Part shown: positions 1 through 12,958 of the stretch, in pieces
Layout of the letters: each line of letters begins with the position of its first letter
Position numbering within the stretch: position 1 is the first letter of the stretch
NCBI GenBank assembly: GCA_032718475.1
Contig: JAUCBJ010007137.1
Location: forward strand, 1 to 64,000
Origin: Nemertoderma westbladi
Taxonomy: Eukaryota > Animalia > Xenacoelomorpha
DNA: 64,000 nt
Direction of reading: 5' to 3'
Position numbers and translations under genes: made by a program
Notes under the pieces: generated by a model
What the model was told of the DNA's origin: nothing
The model's database searches: none
Seen by the model: the letters and a program-made list of their open reading frames with translations, nothing else

Positions 1-3000
1 CCTGGTGTAGGTTGAATTGGTCCGTCCCGATCAGCATTGCTACCGATCTATAATTGACAGGACATTCGGGCACACCAAGGTGTCTGAAATACTTACGGTC
101 CTCCAGAGATTGTTCCGGCACTGGACCTAGTAGGTTACTAAAGTCCTTCGTGGCCGCAAAGGTTAGATCTCTAAAGGGCAACAAAGACCTCTCCCTCTCG
201 CTGTGTTGCGATTTTGGAAGAAGAGAGTCTAAGTCCAACTTAACTCGTGTCACTGGTATTGCACGCTGTCCGTGCATACTACTTACTGTATAACTGACGT
301 GCTTACCTTGTCTAAGATCTGTTACGACGTCAGCTATCTTTTCATCTACGTAACTGTGAGATGAGGCTGAGTCTAGAATCGCGTAAATCCTCTTACTCCC
401 TTTTGTGCCAGTAACTTTAATCGGGATTACACTGAATCCCTTCAGTTGGTCAGTGGTCAGGAGCGCGATTGACGGTTGTTCGTCTCCATTTGAATATTCG
501 TCGTCTTCTGATTCTTCGTCCGACGATCCGGATTGTTCTGAAAAGCAATCCTCTATATGGGTCACGAAAGTCGGAGTCGTTTTCGATTCTCGTTTTCGGT
601 AAGCCGCATCACATCTCGCTGCTGCTTCCGGGTGTTCCCTGGCGAAGCGTTTCGTCGGCGTGTGGCTGTCTGTGTGGAGCAGACCGTCGTGGTTGCGTCC
701 ACAGGATGGACAAGTGTCGGTATTTGGGCAATCCTTACGGACGTGTCCGTGTCGCGTACACCGCCAACAAGAGTCCAGTGGCCGTATCTGCAGCCGTCGT
801 TCTTCTGAGTTCAACTCGCGAAATTGTCGACAACCTCGTAACTTGTGACCAATATACCGCTTACCCAAATGTTCGCAGTATTGGCAGCCGTTGAAGTCGG
901 CGCTGAGTTGCTGTCTCGTCTGTTTCGTTCCAATGGGCGCAGATACTCTATTACCGTCTGAGAATTGTCGTGATTCCGTCGGTGTGGCGTAAGTGGCCGT
1001 CTTTGTGGATGTTGTCTGGGGTTTTTGTCGGTTGGAGGATGGCAGTGTGATTCCTTCTGCCACGATGTGCTGGTCGGTATAGTTAGATCGAGTTTCTACT
1101 ACCGCCTCCCTGGATATTAAAAGGTACACATCTTCTAATTTCAGGAATCCTCCTCGCTCCTCTCGCTGATATTCGACCTTCCTCCACTCCCGACGAAGTC
1201 GATGGTGGAGTCGTCCTATTATCTTTAATAGGACTGTAGGTGTATTCCCGTAATCAAGTTGTCCAATTGATCTTAAGGTAGTGATAGCGTTCTTAATCTC
1301 GTCAGCCAGTTTTAGTAAGTCGACGGGTTTAGTGATAGCCCCTCCCTTACAGAGTTCTTCTATTACTGACCTGGCCATACTCACTGTACCTCCGTATATC
1401 GAAGTCAAACGATCGTACGCTAGTTCGAAAGCGTCCGGTACACCGACGAAAGTCTCCGCCAAACGTTTAGGTTCTCCTGACAACGTTTGGAGCAAGTAAT
1501 TGAACTTCTCTCGTGACGTAAAGGCGCACACGGCGATCTGGGATTCAATATAGTCTACGAAGGTATGCCAGTGTTTTGAGCTACCGGAGAACTTCGGTGG
1601 TTGTTGTACCGGCAATCCCTGTCTGGCTGCGAATTTCGCTATCTCCTCGGCAACGTTCAGAGTTTCGCGTCCTTGGTTGGTAACCTGGTTGATGTTCTCC
1701 CTTCTTGGCGCTTTTCCCTGATACGATGTGGGGTTTGAAGGTACCGGTCTTTGTGGTCCCTTCGGGTGTCTATTGTGTTCGAATTCGGAATTTCTCGAAC
1801 TGTCGGTTTGAACTTCCTCCAGACGTTCCTCGATCTGAGCCAACTTATTGACAACTGGTCGCAGAATGTCGGCGAACTGTTGTGTACTAATTGCGTTCGT
1901 TGGTTGTAACGCCTTCTGTGTTGGTGTATTCTGTGGAGGATTGTCTGCAAAGGAGTTGTCTGAACGCTCGCGTTTATATTCGTCGGCCTCTCCTGTTCTA
2001 AATACCTCGCGTTTCGGGTAATCCGATTCGCTCGAAGTACTACTATCATCTGGATATGGTGGTCGACGTGCTCGCGTCCGTTGCGTCGTTCGAATTCTAA
2101 CGGCTCGTTTCGGAACATCGTCCACTGATCTCCGTTGTTCGGTAGGCTCACAAGTCTTCCTCGAAGTCGTAGATTGCGATGTAAACTGGTTGAACGGTCG
2201 CGTCTCCACTGTTCTCCGTTGTTCGGTAGGCTCACAAGTCTTCCTCGAAGTCGTAGATTGCGATGTAAACTGGTTGAATGGTCGCGTCTCCACTGTTCTC
2301 CGTTGTTCGGTAGGCTCACAAGTCTTCCTCGAAGTCGTAGATTGCGATGTAAACTGAACCGGTGGTCGGACGACCGCGTTTGAATCCAAAGGCCTTGTAG
2401 GCCGAAATGTCATTGGGTAATCGTAGTGCGTAACGGGTTTAGGTGTCAAAGGTGGACTCACCTGTTTTGTCGTCAGTAGTGCAGGTCCGACTAATAAACT
2501 ACTACGATCCGTAATCGGTGGGTTACTTACCTTGACTTTCGGAATAGGCGACGACGTTGCTCTTGGCGGTGTAAACTTGTCCGGAATAACAAACCTGTGT
2601 TCCGTCACACCATGGATAGGAGAGATATCGCTGCTACCAGCAATCGAAATAGGTTCCTTAGTCGTGACCGGTGCAAACATATGAGTTACCTGTGGGAATC
2701 GTTGACACACGTCTTTTACTAATTGTCGTTCCCGTCCGGGTGCTCCTACGCTTCCTTCCTTCTTCCGTTCCTGAATTTGGCGATGTCTTACCTCTAACTG
2801 GTCCAAATCATGTCCGTCACGAGATCTCATCGATCGATCGCGGGCCTTTTGATCCAGATCTTCCTCGGCGTTCGCTAATTCTCTCGTCTTCTTCTCAAGT
2901 TCGAAATGAAGTTTAGCTGTCTTCTCTCGTTGTTCCGTTTGTCGTTGTTGCGCCTCAAACTCTGCTTGTCGTATAGCGGATTGAGCCTTTATTTGCCGTG

Positions 3001-4162
3001 TTTTCATTTCGGCCCGTGCTTCCGAAACTAACCTGTCTCGTTCTAATTCCGCCGCTGCCGCTGCCGCTTGTCGCTCTGACTCGGCCGCTGCCGCTTGTCG
3101 CTCTGACTCGGCCGCTGCCGCTTGTCGCTCTGACTCGGCCGCTGCCGCTGCCGCTTGTCGGGCAATGTCTCGCTCTAACCTTTCTACTTCAGCTGCTTCT
3201 AATTCAGCTTGTTCCTGTAGATGAGAGATTCTCGCTATATTCGCAACGCGTAGCTTCTCTTCTTCTACTGCTGCCTGCATCACTAGAAGTTGAGCTTGTT
3301 CCTCCATTTCTCGTCGTTGTCGGCAGAATTCTTGCTGTTGTCGAGCAACTTCTGACGTGACCATACTTCCCTCGCAGATTTCGCTACGAATACTCACCAG
3401 CGATTGATTTAGTATTCCCGGTGCCGATTCGATTTGTGCGAGTGAAGTTTCCCTCGTAGCCTCCGGCACGGTTTCCCAATCCCCGACGTCTTCGCCGCAC
3501 ATGCGCAAGTGATCCGTCAGGTGTTTCAATTGTCCATCCAGTCGGTACAGTTCCTGTTCTTCCTCGGGCTGTAATAATTCGTCCGAAACTGACTCACCTA
3601 ACAACTGGTCCGCTTGTTCCTGTTGTATCTGTCTAATCGTCGACTTAAACTGAATCAGTTTCTCTCTAGTGATCATTAGTTTCTCGAGGATTCTAAGTTG
3701 AGTATCCATGTCCTGTCTCTGTCTAGCTAGATCTTGTAGGCCAACTAGATTATCTACGGACTTATATACTTTACTCTGTACTCTAACCTGGAGGGTGTAG
3801 AACTCGAATCGAGACATCGGAGCGGTCAACCCGTCTAATATGCGTTGGCCTTCTCCAATGCTCCTGGTTATATGCGCCATGTATCCTCCGACGCTTCTAA
3901 CCACACTTTCTGTGCTTCCTGCTGAACTTACCATTTCCGTTTCCCTATATCTAGGTTGCGGAACAGTTAGAAAGTCCTCGGTCCTGCCGTCGCCTCGTAC
4001 TACGGCATCCGGTACTCCCGTTGGATGTACTGGTGACGCGCACGGTGTAGGTTCGGTAGGCTCGCGAGTCTTCCCCTGTGGTTCTTCCGCTGCTGACTTA
4101 TCCGCGTCACATGAGTCATAGTCGGTTTGTGTATTCTTCGTATAGTCTTGTTTGTCACTCAT
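1..4162 (-). CDS. Gag-protease polyprotein of element A (partial, apparently open to the window edge)
   Basis: ATG at 4162 (MSDKQDYTKNT..., as ORF 39635). Zinc-knuckle region and protease ILDSAS motif align with B. Absent from the ORF track, consistent with no stop before position 1. Lacks the 1-nt deletion B has at ~43651. Confidence 0.85.
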   Translation of the reverse strand, partial: MSDKQDYTKNTQTDYDSCDADKSAAEEPQGKTREPTEPTPCASPVHPTGVPDAVVRGDGRTEDFLTVPQPRYRETEMVSSAGSTESVVRSVGGYMAHITRSIGEGQRILDGLTAPMSRFEFYTLQVRVQSKVYKSVDNLVGLQDLARQRQDMDTQLRILEKLMITREKLIQFKSTIRQIQQEQADQLLGESVSDELLQPEEEQELYRLDGQLKHLTDHLRMCGEDVGDWETVPEATRETSLAQIESAPGILNQSLVSIRSEICEGSMVTSEVARQQQEFCRQRREMEEQAQLLVMQAAVEEEKLRVANIARISHLQEQAELEAAEVERLERDIARQAAAAAAESERQAAAAESERQAAAAESERQAAAAAAELERDRLVSEARAEMKTRQIKAQSAIRQAEFEAQQRQTEQREKTAKLHFELEKKTRELANAEEDLDQKARDRSMRSRDGHDLDQLEVRHRQIQERKKEGSVGAPGRERQLVKDVCQRFPQVTHMFAPVTTKEPISIAGSSDISPIHGVTEHRFVIPDKFTPPRATSSPIPKVKVSNPPITDRSSLLVGPALLTTKQVSPPLTPKPVTHYDYPMTFRPTRPLDSNAVVRPPVQFTSQSTTSRKTCEPTEQRRTVETRPFNQFTSQSTTSRKTCEPTEQRRTVETRPFNQFTSQSTTSRKTCEPTEQRRSVDDVPKRAVRIRTTQRTRARRPPYPDDSSTSSESDYPKREVFRTGEADEYKRERSDNSFADNPPQNTPTQKALQPTNAISTQQFADILRPVVNKLAQIEERLEEVQTDSSRNSEFEHNRHPKGPQRPVPSNPTSYQGKAPRRENINQVTNQGRETLNVAEEIAKFAARQGLPVQQPPKFSGSSKHWHTFVDYIESQIAVCAFTSREKFNYLLQTLSGEPKRLAETFVGVPDAFELAYDRLTSIYGGTVSMARSVIEELCKGGAITKPVDLLKLADEIKNAITTLRSIGQLDYGNTPTVLLKIIGRLHHRLRREWRKVEYQREERGGFLKLEDVYLLISREAVVETRSNYTDQHIVAEGITLPSSNRQKPQTTSTKTATYATPTESRQFSDGNRVSAPIGTKQTRQQLSADFNGCQYCEHLGKRYIGHKLRGCRQFRELNSEERRLQIRPLDSCWRCTRHGHVRKDCPNTDTCPSCGRNHDGLLHTDSHTPTKRFAREHPEAAARCDAAYRKRESKTTPTFVTHIEDCFSEQSGSSDEESEDDEYSNGDEQPSIALLTTDQLKGFSVIPIKVTGTKGSKRIYAILDSASSHSYVDEKIADVVTDLRQGKHVSYTVSSMHGQRAIPVTRVKLDLDSLLPKSQHSERERSLLPFRDLTFAATKDFSNLLGPVPEQSLEDRKYFRHLGVPECPVNYRSVAMLIGTDQFNLHQ

Positions 4163-4998
4163 TTCGGTAGTTGTAAGTCAAGTGAAGTGAGTGTCAAAGT
4201 ATCGAGTTTACCGTATTTGTATAAAACGGTACTAATTACAGTCTTATAAAATTAGCCTACCGGCCGATTTTATAGCAGATGGATAAAATTAGCCTAAAAC
4301 GGCCAATTTTACAGCAAATAAATGTCACGGAATAAGTATATAATAAAATTAGCCTAGCGGCCAATTTTACAACAAATAAATCGGATAACGATATGCGTTA
4401 TCAAAAGGTAAATTAAATACAATAATACGGACTAATTCAGCAATGAACAAAGAAATCATACGGAATGCATAAATACTTGAGACAGTGGAACCCACAATAA
4501 TTTTAACTAATACGGTAATGCCTAACTTATTTATGCAACTTTTCGAACTCACCCACTCCAATAATTCTCCAGAAAAACAGATTCCCAGATACAAACCGAA
4601 CGTGAACCTTTCCGTTTTTAACGTTGCGGACGAAACGCGATTTTCCCAACCAAAGTTGTTGAGTTATCTATCTCCCAAACTTGCTAAACACGGTCTTGCT
4701 CCCGTTACAGTCTAGAAATGAGTTCTGAATCCTGAAAAACAAAAGAGTTAGGTTTTACTTTACGAAAAATTTTGTACCGGTACAATATGGTATTTAAACC
4801 CTTTTAAACACCGGTATTCAATTCCAAAATATTTTACACGCGGTTCAAATCAAATTTTATTTCAAAAAATTAGCACTTAGCTAATCAAATACAAATTTTT
4901 ACCTCAAAATACAAATTTTTCAAATAACTTTAGTCCTACCGAACCGTAGTTCAGTAAAACATATTCCTACTAAATTGGAGAGATACGCCTATTCCTAC

Positions 4999-6899
4999 TA
5001 TCGGAAGAGACGGTAACAATACCTGCAATATCCTACTGTAAAGTTTGTAAATCAAATCATAAATCCGACCTTCTCACCAAAACAGTAAACCCCAAGTAAG
5101 CGAATATATTGCAGTATCGATCTCTTTTAACCGGTGAGGCAGAAAACAGTCTACGAGCAGACAAACTTCGATAAAACAAAATCCCGCGCAGCGAATCCTA
5201 AAATCAGGCTGACTCACTGACGGACTAAGAGGGCTCGTATACTTTGCCGCGGTGTGATTTATATGGTTGGGCAAAGGGACGCTAGCTAGGTATAGAGCAG
5301 ATTTGGAGATGTCTAACTAGCGAGCAAAGTGCAGTAAGGACGAAAGTTAATTTTATATATTTCGAGGTGTAAATAATTTCTAACGCGCGTGTGTTAATTC
5401 TGAACGGTCAAAGCAGTTTTGCTCCTTCACATATATAATTACTGGGTACGGTGTGCATTTTACGAATATTCTAATTTTATAACTTGTAGGTCCAATACTC
5501 ACGAATGATAAGGTTCCTTCCCCTCTTGCGTATTTCCAGGACTCAAATTCAGGCATAAGGTTAATACTACGCCCAGAATTCGGCAATTTTAGGTACCAGG
5601 TCCCTGATACTAAGAAGAGATGTGTTAGTTTACTACTGTAGGCGTACGGGTACTAATAGCTATCCTGGCTCCTATCTAGAATTTTAGTCACCCAGGTAGT
5701 CCGGGTAACTTCCTATTAGGGCGTTGGCGGGGACACGGTAGATGTTAGTATATCCCTGATAGCCTCAATTTATTTGCGCCTAGCGTAAACTGCCCTACCG
5801 CCTGAACGGTACAATCCCAATTCAGGTGAAAACACAGCAACCCCCTAGCCTACAAGTTCTGATGTAACGGACACCGTTGTACGGCAAATAGTCGCACACA
5901 CACCTGTACTTAGCAAGAGTTAAGCGTACAGTTTGCTGCACCCTAACCAATGTGTATGCCTTGTACCGGTGTGCCTACGTCCTATCTGCGTACTAGTATC
6001 TGCTCTCTCTCCCTCTCCCCCCCCCGTAGGAATATGAAGGTCTACTGCGGTTTTCCCTGAATCAAGACAGTACAGTCCCTATGATGTAATTTTAGGCTTG
6101 CAGCGTGTCACTACGTCTACCTTTGATCTTTTGGTCTTACACTTAGGTAGCAAGGATCGAACGCTGTCTAACCTTTCAGGCGATGGGCGAATAACACTAG
6201 ATGGTATTGCGGGTTGTCTCTCGTCTACATTCCCGTGATGTTCCCGTTCATTGCTGCGGCCCGATCTCTAGCTGGCCATCCTGTCCCTGAGTTTGTTCAC
6301 CGTAGTGAAACCATATTAAAACAGATAGAAAGGCTGAGAGATGTGACTAGTATTTCTGACTTTATTACAAAACATATAATAACTATTATACAATAAACAA
6401 TGTAATCTGAAATAAGACAGAAAGCGAATGATGGAAATTGAGTGATTGAGATTGAGAGATAACTAATGAACGAATCGCACCTTTATATACTAAATTTGTG
6501 CTGCAATCAATCGAGAAAATTCTCGATTGTTCTATGGGTTCTAACAAGGTTTTAAAGATAGCTTATTGGTCCAGCTAATATATAACTTGCACGACATTGG
6601 TTACAATCAAATAACTACAGCCTTATTGGTACAGACAAATGCAATTAATTTGTAGCGGTTAATTTAAATGAGTTGAAATTCTGCACAAAAAATAATTCGC
6701 ACTTACTAGGATTCGAACTCGATACCTACTACACATATAATTTCCAACGCTCTACCAACTGAGCTACTGAACCACTTGACCGATAGATGCATAATAGATA
6801 GAACCAATACTAATGAGAACTCAAAGCAATCTTTACAAAGTTAATTCGAATAAAATAAAATTTTGAAAATCCACGGCATTTAGGGAATATAATTCTATA
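4999..6899 (-). repeat. 5' LTR of element A (~1.9 kb; inner boundary +/- a few nt)
   Basis: Aligns end to end with B LTRs 36866-38763 and 53382-55282. Confidence 0.9.
6698..6773 (-). ncRNA. tRNA-like Pol III cassette in LTR U3 (not a foldable tRNA)
   Basis: A box TAGCTCAGTTGG, D-arm GCTC/GAGC, B box GAGTTCGAATCC, followed by T6. The acceptor stem does not pair. Confidence 0.75.
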
Positions 6900-7105
6900 T
6901 TAGGATCTAAGTTCGTATGATTAGGATCTAAGTTCGTATGATTAGGATCTAAGTTCGTCTGATTAGGATCTAAGTTCGTATGATTAGGATCTAAGTTCGT
7001 ATGATTAGGCTCTAAGTTCGTATGATTAGGATCTAAGTTCGTATGATTAGGATCTAAGTTCGTATGATTAGGATCTAAGTTCGTATGATTAGTATCTTAG
7101 TTCGT
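6899..7105. repeat. 21-bp tandem repeat (ATTAGGATCTAAGTTCGTATG) x ~10
   Basis: Near-perfect units directly visible, no spacers; abuts the LTR of A. Confidence 0.95.
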
Positions 7106-8387
7106 ATAATTAGGATCTAAGTTCAGTCAAGAAGATCTTTATATTCGTCCATGGCAGGATCTAAATGTAAAAGCGTTACCCCCCCCCCATGTCACATGTC
7201 CCCCCCCCCCCCCCCCCCCCACCATGTCACAGCCCCCCCCCCCCCCATGTCACAAGTTTGTGACTGATGTGTTGACCCCTTCCCCATATTGACTGTGACG
7301 ACATTTGTAAGCCGTTTAGTAATTAAATCCAGTGAATTTAACCTTAGCAGTGTTGTATTATAATACCGAATTATCTAGGTACTTAATATAAAAGATATAT
7401 TTATTCGTACAATTAAAGGGATGGGGGGGGGGGGTTAGATTCCTTTAGTGAGTCACCGCGACAAGCTTCTTTTAAACGTTTGTTTTGTCTGTGTTACAGA
7501 AAAACCTTATGTTTTATTCAATCTGAAAGCTCATAAACTGGAGAGTTTTATGAAATATCCGATATCTTGGAAATTTGGCATAGGCCTATACTACGAAGAG
7601 AGCTACTCTGACTCAAATTGTAATTTGAATCCATTACGAAGTTTCGAAACTATATCACTTACCCATTTTAGAGAATAAAATAATTGCTTTACATAGTTTC
7701 TCTACTCTATCGCGTAGTCTGGCTCACTTTCCGCAGGATAGTCGTCGAATTCCAGTTTCTTTTCAGCAGTTAGCTCCCTGGTAATCATCGGATTCCTCAC
7801 GTACACCAGATGTATCCAAATCTACGGTTTACTGCTATATGCAACAAAGTCACCATCACATCGATAATATACCTCAGCTTACAATCCTCTACCATATTCC
7901 AAATTTATTTTAGCAGCTATTGCTTTCTCCATGTTTGCACTGCTTCCAGTATAATCTAGAAGATAATCTTGCACCTCACCTCCATCCATTTCTTACCATA
8001 CAGTATGCTTTACATATGGACAATAATTACATTTCGATCAAATCTAAGAGCAAACAGTTACGCAGGGCCGGATTTAGATTGTGGGAGGCCGGCTAATAAA
8101 ATTGTTTAGGTTCAAATTATTTTACTCATTAGTCATTGTTAGTTTACTGTGGAAGATCACCCATGGTGGTGAACAGGCATTCCTTGGCTTAACGAGCCTA
8201 AAAGACTATAATTAGCACTATTAGCAGGCTATAATTATTAATAAAAAGGTTATATTTGCACCACGAAAGTAAAAATATAAGCATATAGTACATAGTGCAA
8301 ACTGCAAATGGTTATATTTGCTTCGCAGAAGTAAAAATTATATAGCGCGGGCAGTATAAGCCTTCCCTAACTGCGTAGGGATGATAC

Positions 8388-9365
8388 TATATGTTAAAAT
8401 ACTGAATTAAGTTAAACGGTGATAGTTACCGAGTAGTTGTCATAAGTAGTTGTATGAATTCATGTGTGTGGGTTACCACGGTGATAGTTCATCACAAAAA
8501 ACAAAGTTACTCGAGGACACTGATGCACCAAAAAACAATACAGTCAATCAATAAATGATAAAGATTTAGTTTTTCCAATCAATAGACAATACAATAAATC
8601 AATAAATTGCTGTATGAGTTATTGGTGAAATTGCGTTTAAGAATTATGTTAGAATATACCTTGGTTGGTTATATCCCACAAAAACAAAGTTACTCGAAGA
8701 CACTGAGGCACCAAAAAACAATACAATCAATCTATAAATGGTAATGATGTAGATAGTAGCCGAGTAATTGACATAATGGCGGTATGAGTTATTGGTGAAA
8801 TTACGTTTAAGAATTATGTTAGAATATACCTTGGTTGGTTATATCCCACAAAAACAAAGTTACTCGAAGACACTGAGGCACCAAAAAAAACAATACAATC
8901 AATCTATAAATGGTAATGATGTAGATAGTAGCCGAGTAATTGACATAATGGCGGTATGAGTTATTGGTGAAATTGCGTTCAAGAATTATGTTAGAATATA
9001 CCTTGGTTGGTTATATCCCACAAAAACAAGGTTACTCGAAGACACTGAGGCACCAAAAAACAATACAATCAATCTATAAATGGTGGTAATTATGTAGATA
9101 GTAGCCGAGTAATTGACATAATGGCGGTATGAGTTATTGGTGAAATTACGTTTAAGAATTATGTTAGAATATACCTTGGTTGGTTATATCCCACAAAACA
9201 AAGTTACTTGAAGACGCTGAGGCACCAATAAAACAATACAATCAATCTATAAATGGTAATGATATAAAAATAGTAGCCAAGTAATTGGCATAATGGCTGT
9301 ATGAGATGTTGCTGAATTGCGTTCAAGATATTATGTTAAAAATATACCTTGGTTGGTTATATCTT
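8388..9365. repeat. ~171-bp tandem satellite, ~5.5 units
   Basis: TTATGTTAGAATATACCTTGGTTGG recurs at ~8644, 8814, 8986, 9159 and 9331. Confidence 0.9.
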
Positions 9366-9605
9366 CAACCTTATAGCTGTACTGCTAGAAACCTAGCCGT
9401 ACGAGGATTCCAAATAATGTAACACAATCTAAATTTCGTTGAAAAATAGTTGTGATAAGGCTGTTCAAAAGTTGCATGGTTTTGCATCAGCGCTAGGCTA
9501 AGATATTTTATTAAATTTAGTAAATACACCATATTATTCTTAAACCAAATACAAATTCTTCATATATAAAATTCCAATAAAATTTCGATCAAAAAGTAAA
9601 AACCG

Positions 9606-10660
9606 TCTGTTGTCTGCTGTCGGTTATCTGCTGTTGGTCGTTTGTTGCCTGCTGTCGGTTGTCTGCTGTCGATTGCCTGTTGTTGGTTGTCTGCTGTCGG
9701 TTGTCTGCTGTTGGTTGTCGGTTGTTTGCTGTCGATTGTGAGCTCTCAGTTGTCGCTGCAGGTTGTCGGATATCTGATCCTGTTGTCTGCTGTCGGTTGT
9801 CTGCTGTCGTTTGTCTGCTATCGGTTGTCTGAGGTCGGTTGTCTGCTATCGGTTGTCTGAGGTCGGTTGTCTGCTGTCGGTTGTCTGCTGTCGGTTGTCT
9901 GCGGTCGATTATCTGCTGTCGGGTTTCCGCTGTCGTTTGCCTGCTGTCGGTTGTCTGCTGTTGGTTGTCTGCAGTCGGTTGTCTGCTGTCGGTTGTCTGC
10001 TGTCGGTTGTTTCTGTCTGCTGTCGGTTGCCTGCTGTCGATGGCCTGCTGTTGGTTGTCTACCATATGTAGTCTGCTGTCGGTTGTCTGCTGTTGGTTGT
10101 CGGTTGTTTGCTGTCGATTGTCTGCTGTCGGTTGTCTGCTCTCAGTTGTCGCTGCAGGTTGTCTGATGTCGGTTATCTGATGTCAGTTGTCTTCTTTCGC
10201 TTGTCTGCTATGGGTTGTCTGCGGTCGGTTGTCTGCTGTCGGTTCTATGCTGTCGGTTTTCTGCTGTCGGTCGTCAGCTGTCTGTTATCAGCTCTCAGTT
10301 ATCGCTACAGGTTGTCTGCTGTCGGTTGTCTGCTGTCGGTTCTTTGCTGTCGTTTTCTGCTGTCGGTTATCTGCTGTTGGTCGTTTGTTGCCTGCTGTCG
10401 GTTGTCTGCTGTCGATTGCCTGTTGTTGGTTGTCTTCTGTCGGTTGTCTGCTGTCGGTCGTCTGCTGTGTGTTGTCAGCTCTCAGTTGTCGCTGCAGGTT
10501 GTCTGCTGTCGGTTGTCTGCTGTCGGTTCTTTGCTGTCGGTTGTTTGCTGCCGGTTGTGAGCTCTCAGTTGTCGCTACAGGTTGTCTGCTGTCGGTTGTC
10601 TGCTGTCGGTTCTTTGCTGTCGGTTTTCTGCTGTCGGTTTTCAGCTGTCTGTTGTCAGCA
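9606..10660. repeat. 14-bp minisatellite (CTGCTGTCGGTTGT)n
   Basis: Directly visible; produces spurious low-complexity ORFs in several frames. Confidence 0.95.
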
Positions 10661-11946
10661 TTATATCGTAACCGACTTTATCAATATAAAATGGTGTTTT
10701 GAGCTTAAAATTAGTAAAATAAGTAATCTAAAAGGCTAAGTTCACACGTGCAGCAAAAATCAGCGTTCGGTATGTGAGAAAAGGATTTTATGGATGCTCT
10801 TTTAAACATTTTCTTTAACTATTTCGAATATAAGTGAAATGTATTAACAAGTAGACATTATTAATTATACATTTATATCTAATTTAAGTTTATTGTTATG
10901 CTATCTCCTACATGGATGTGATAAATCTTTGATCCATCTTGACCTTAGTCGACTGAACCAAACCGAGTCATCGTCTGTGTCTGTTCAGTTTTACTGAACC
11001 TCGGATACTACTGTACTATTGCAGCTGTACACCCCCCTACTATTCTTTATATTGTACCAGTACTGTAGTAATTTTTTTACTGTTTTTTTTTATTATTGGT
11101 GGATGTTCTAGAACATTAGTAGATATTATTTACTATGGTAGCAGTGTTTTTTTACTAGCTAGTATTTTTTTCTAGCTAGTATTTTTTGAAAACAAATTTT
11201 ATACTTTTTTCTTTAAATACTTTAATGTTAATATCTAATTTCTAGTAGGCCTACTATATTAATGGATTAGGAATATTTCTTCAGTTCTTTCGATTATTGA
11301 AATATTTCTTTACTAGTTCTAGAAAGTGTTTGGTTAAAATGAAAATAGGATATGATGTTTTTATAATGTTCGGTACTGTTTCGATACGCGTACCTACCAT
11401 GCCAAATTTTTTATACTAGCTAGTTTTATGCTACTTTTTATTTAATTGTCTATAATATGTTAGATATTTAACTAAAAAACACGTTGCTCTAGAACAAATA
11501 TTAGTTGTTCTAGAATATTTTTAAAAAGGTATTTATTGTTTTTTTTTATTTGATTAGTGTTAAAAACAATTCCTAACAACTACAAATTTTCATGGTTGCA
11601 ATTGCGCAATTGTGATTTTAATTATTAGCTAGTAGTTTTTATTAGCCATTCCATTTTAAGTTAAAGGAAATATTTAGGCCTAATAAATATATTTTAATGA
11701 ATAATATTGGCCAGGTGCTATAAATTAATATAAAATATTGATGATTTATGTACAGAAAATATAAAGTAACAAAATTAGTGTTTTCAATTGGATTAGCTAG
11801 CAAAACTATTAGGTACTACTATGTTATGGGTACCCACTTTTTGACCATTTATTTGACAATGTTAATGGCTATTATCTTGAGGTTTTTTGTTTTAGAACAT
11901 TAATGTCATCTTCTGTTAGACGTTAGCTATTGTTTTTTTTATGGTA

Positions 11947-12656
11947 CAGTACAGGCCACCAGAAAAAGCAGATTTCATCCAATGTGATCACATGTGAACA
12001 CATTTGTTCAAGTCATCTGATTGGCAGGTTATGGCGAGTTATCTTCTAGATCACACAGCAGGAGAGGCTAACTTGCTGGGACCGACAAAGGCTTTGTGTG
12101 CCCTGCGCCTGTATGTCTGATAGATGAGATGTATGTAGATGAGAGAGCCCCCAGGGCGTAACATTGTGGACATGGGCTGTATTGGTAGAGAGAGAACTAC
12201 ATACAAGACCACATGGAGGTTCATGGAGTGTATGGGAGTGGATGGATGGAGGAGCCTAGACCATTGAATAATTACTTTAGTGCAGGTAGATGTCGCGCCA
12301 TTAGTCTGACACCGAGAGGGCACTGAGAAACACCAGAAGATGCCTTAACATCACTAACTATAGGCCTGCCTACTAGACACTATTAACCGCACACTATAAA
12401 GGTAAACAAAATCCTTATCGCCTTTCCAGCTGCAGTGAGTGACAGTTCGCGGCAAACTACAGAGAGTTTCCAGATTACTAAGCGTTTCAAAAGTATTCAA
12501 TTGTATCCTTTGGCGAAAATTTTTTGGTTGTTGCCAATTCAATTATGTTCAATTATGTTCAATTGTCCCGTTCAACAACATTACATTACACTGGTACACA
12601 TTTGATAAAATGTGTTCACAATTGTACAAATCTGCGTTTTCTGGTGGCCTGTACTG
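11947..12656. mobile_element. Tc1/mariner (pogo-like) non-autonomous element/MITE
   Basis: ~29-bp TIRs CAGTACAGGCCACCAGAAAA(A/C)GCAGATTT flanked by TA at 11945-6 and 12657-8; no transposase ORF. Confidence 0.85.
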
Positions 12657-12878
12657 TAGCTAGTGATTTCTTTTAGGTAGCTACTGTTTTTAAAATTACA
12701 AAACCAAATTTTTGGTACCTAATTTTTGATCAATTTTTTTACCATATTATTGGATATTATCATGATGTTTTTCGTTCTAGAACATAAATTTCACCTTCAG
12801 GGAGAGGTTACCTATTATTTTTTTTATAAAGGTAGCTAGTGTTTTTAAAGGTAGCTAGTGATCTTAAAATTACAAAAT

Positions 12879-12958
12879 TGCAATTTTGTCGACAAGCCGG
12901 CACAGCATTGTTAAAAATGCAGCTGCAATGCAGCATGCCGATACTAGTAGTAGTAGTG
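12879..12958 (+). mobile_element. Very short 5'-truncated LINE 3' end with (TAG)n tail
   Basis: GCAATTTTGTCGACAAGCCGGCACAGC...GCAGCATGCCGAT-(AGT)n matches the tails at 14227-14342 and 17768-17893. Confidence 0.8.

Larger units (their letters stand above)
1..6899 (-). mobile_element. BEL/Pao LTR retrotransposon, element A (5' part: LTR, leader, gag-protease; runs off the window)
   Basis: Reverse complement is a close sister of element B (36866-43740) across LTR, leader and gag. The LTR starts TATAGAATT at 6899. Confidence 0.93.

Noticed and set aside
54-4121. Plus-strand ORFs over element A (and similar antisense ORFs over B, C, D)
   Set aside because: Shadow ORFs opposite genuine gag-pol frames.
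6899-7105. CRISPR-like array
   Set aside because: Units are head-to-tail with no unique spacers, no cas genes, and the context is eukaryotic.
9589-10739. Cys/Leu/Val-rich and Gln/Thr-rich ORFs
   Set aside because: Translations of a 14-bp stop-poor minisatellite in many frames; no evidence of coding.
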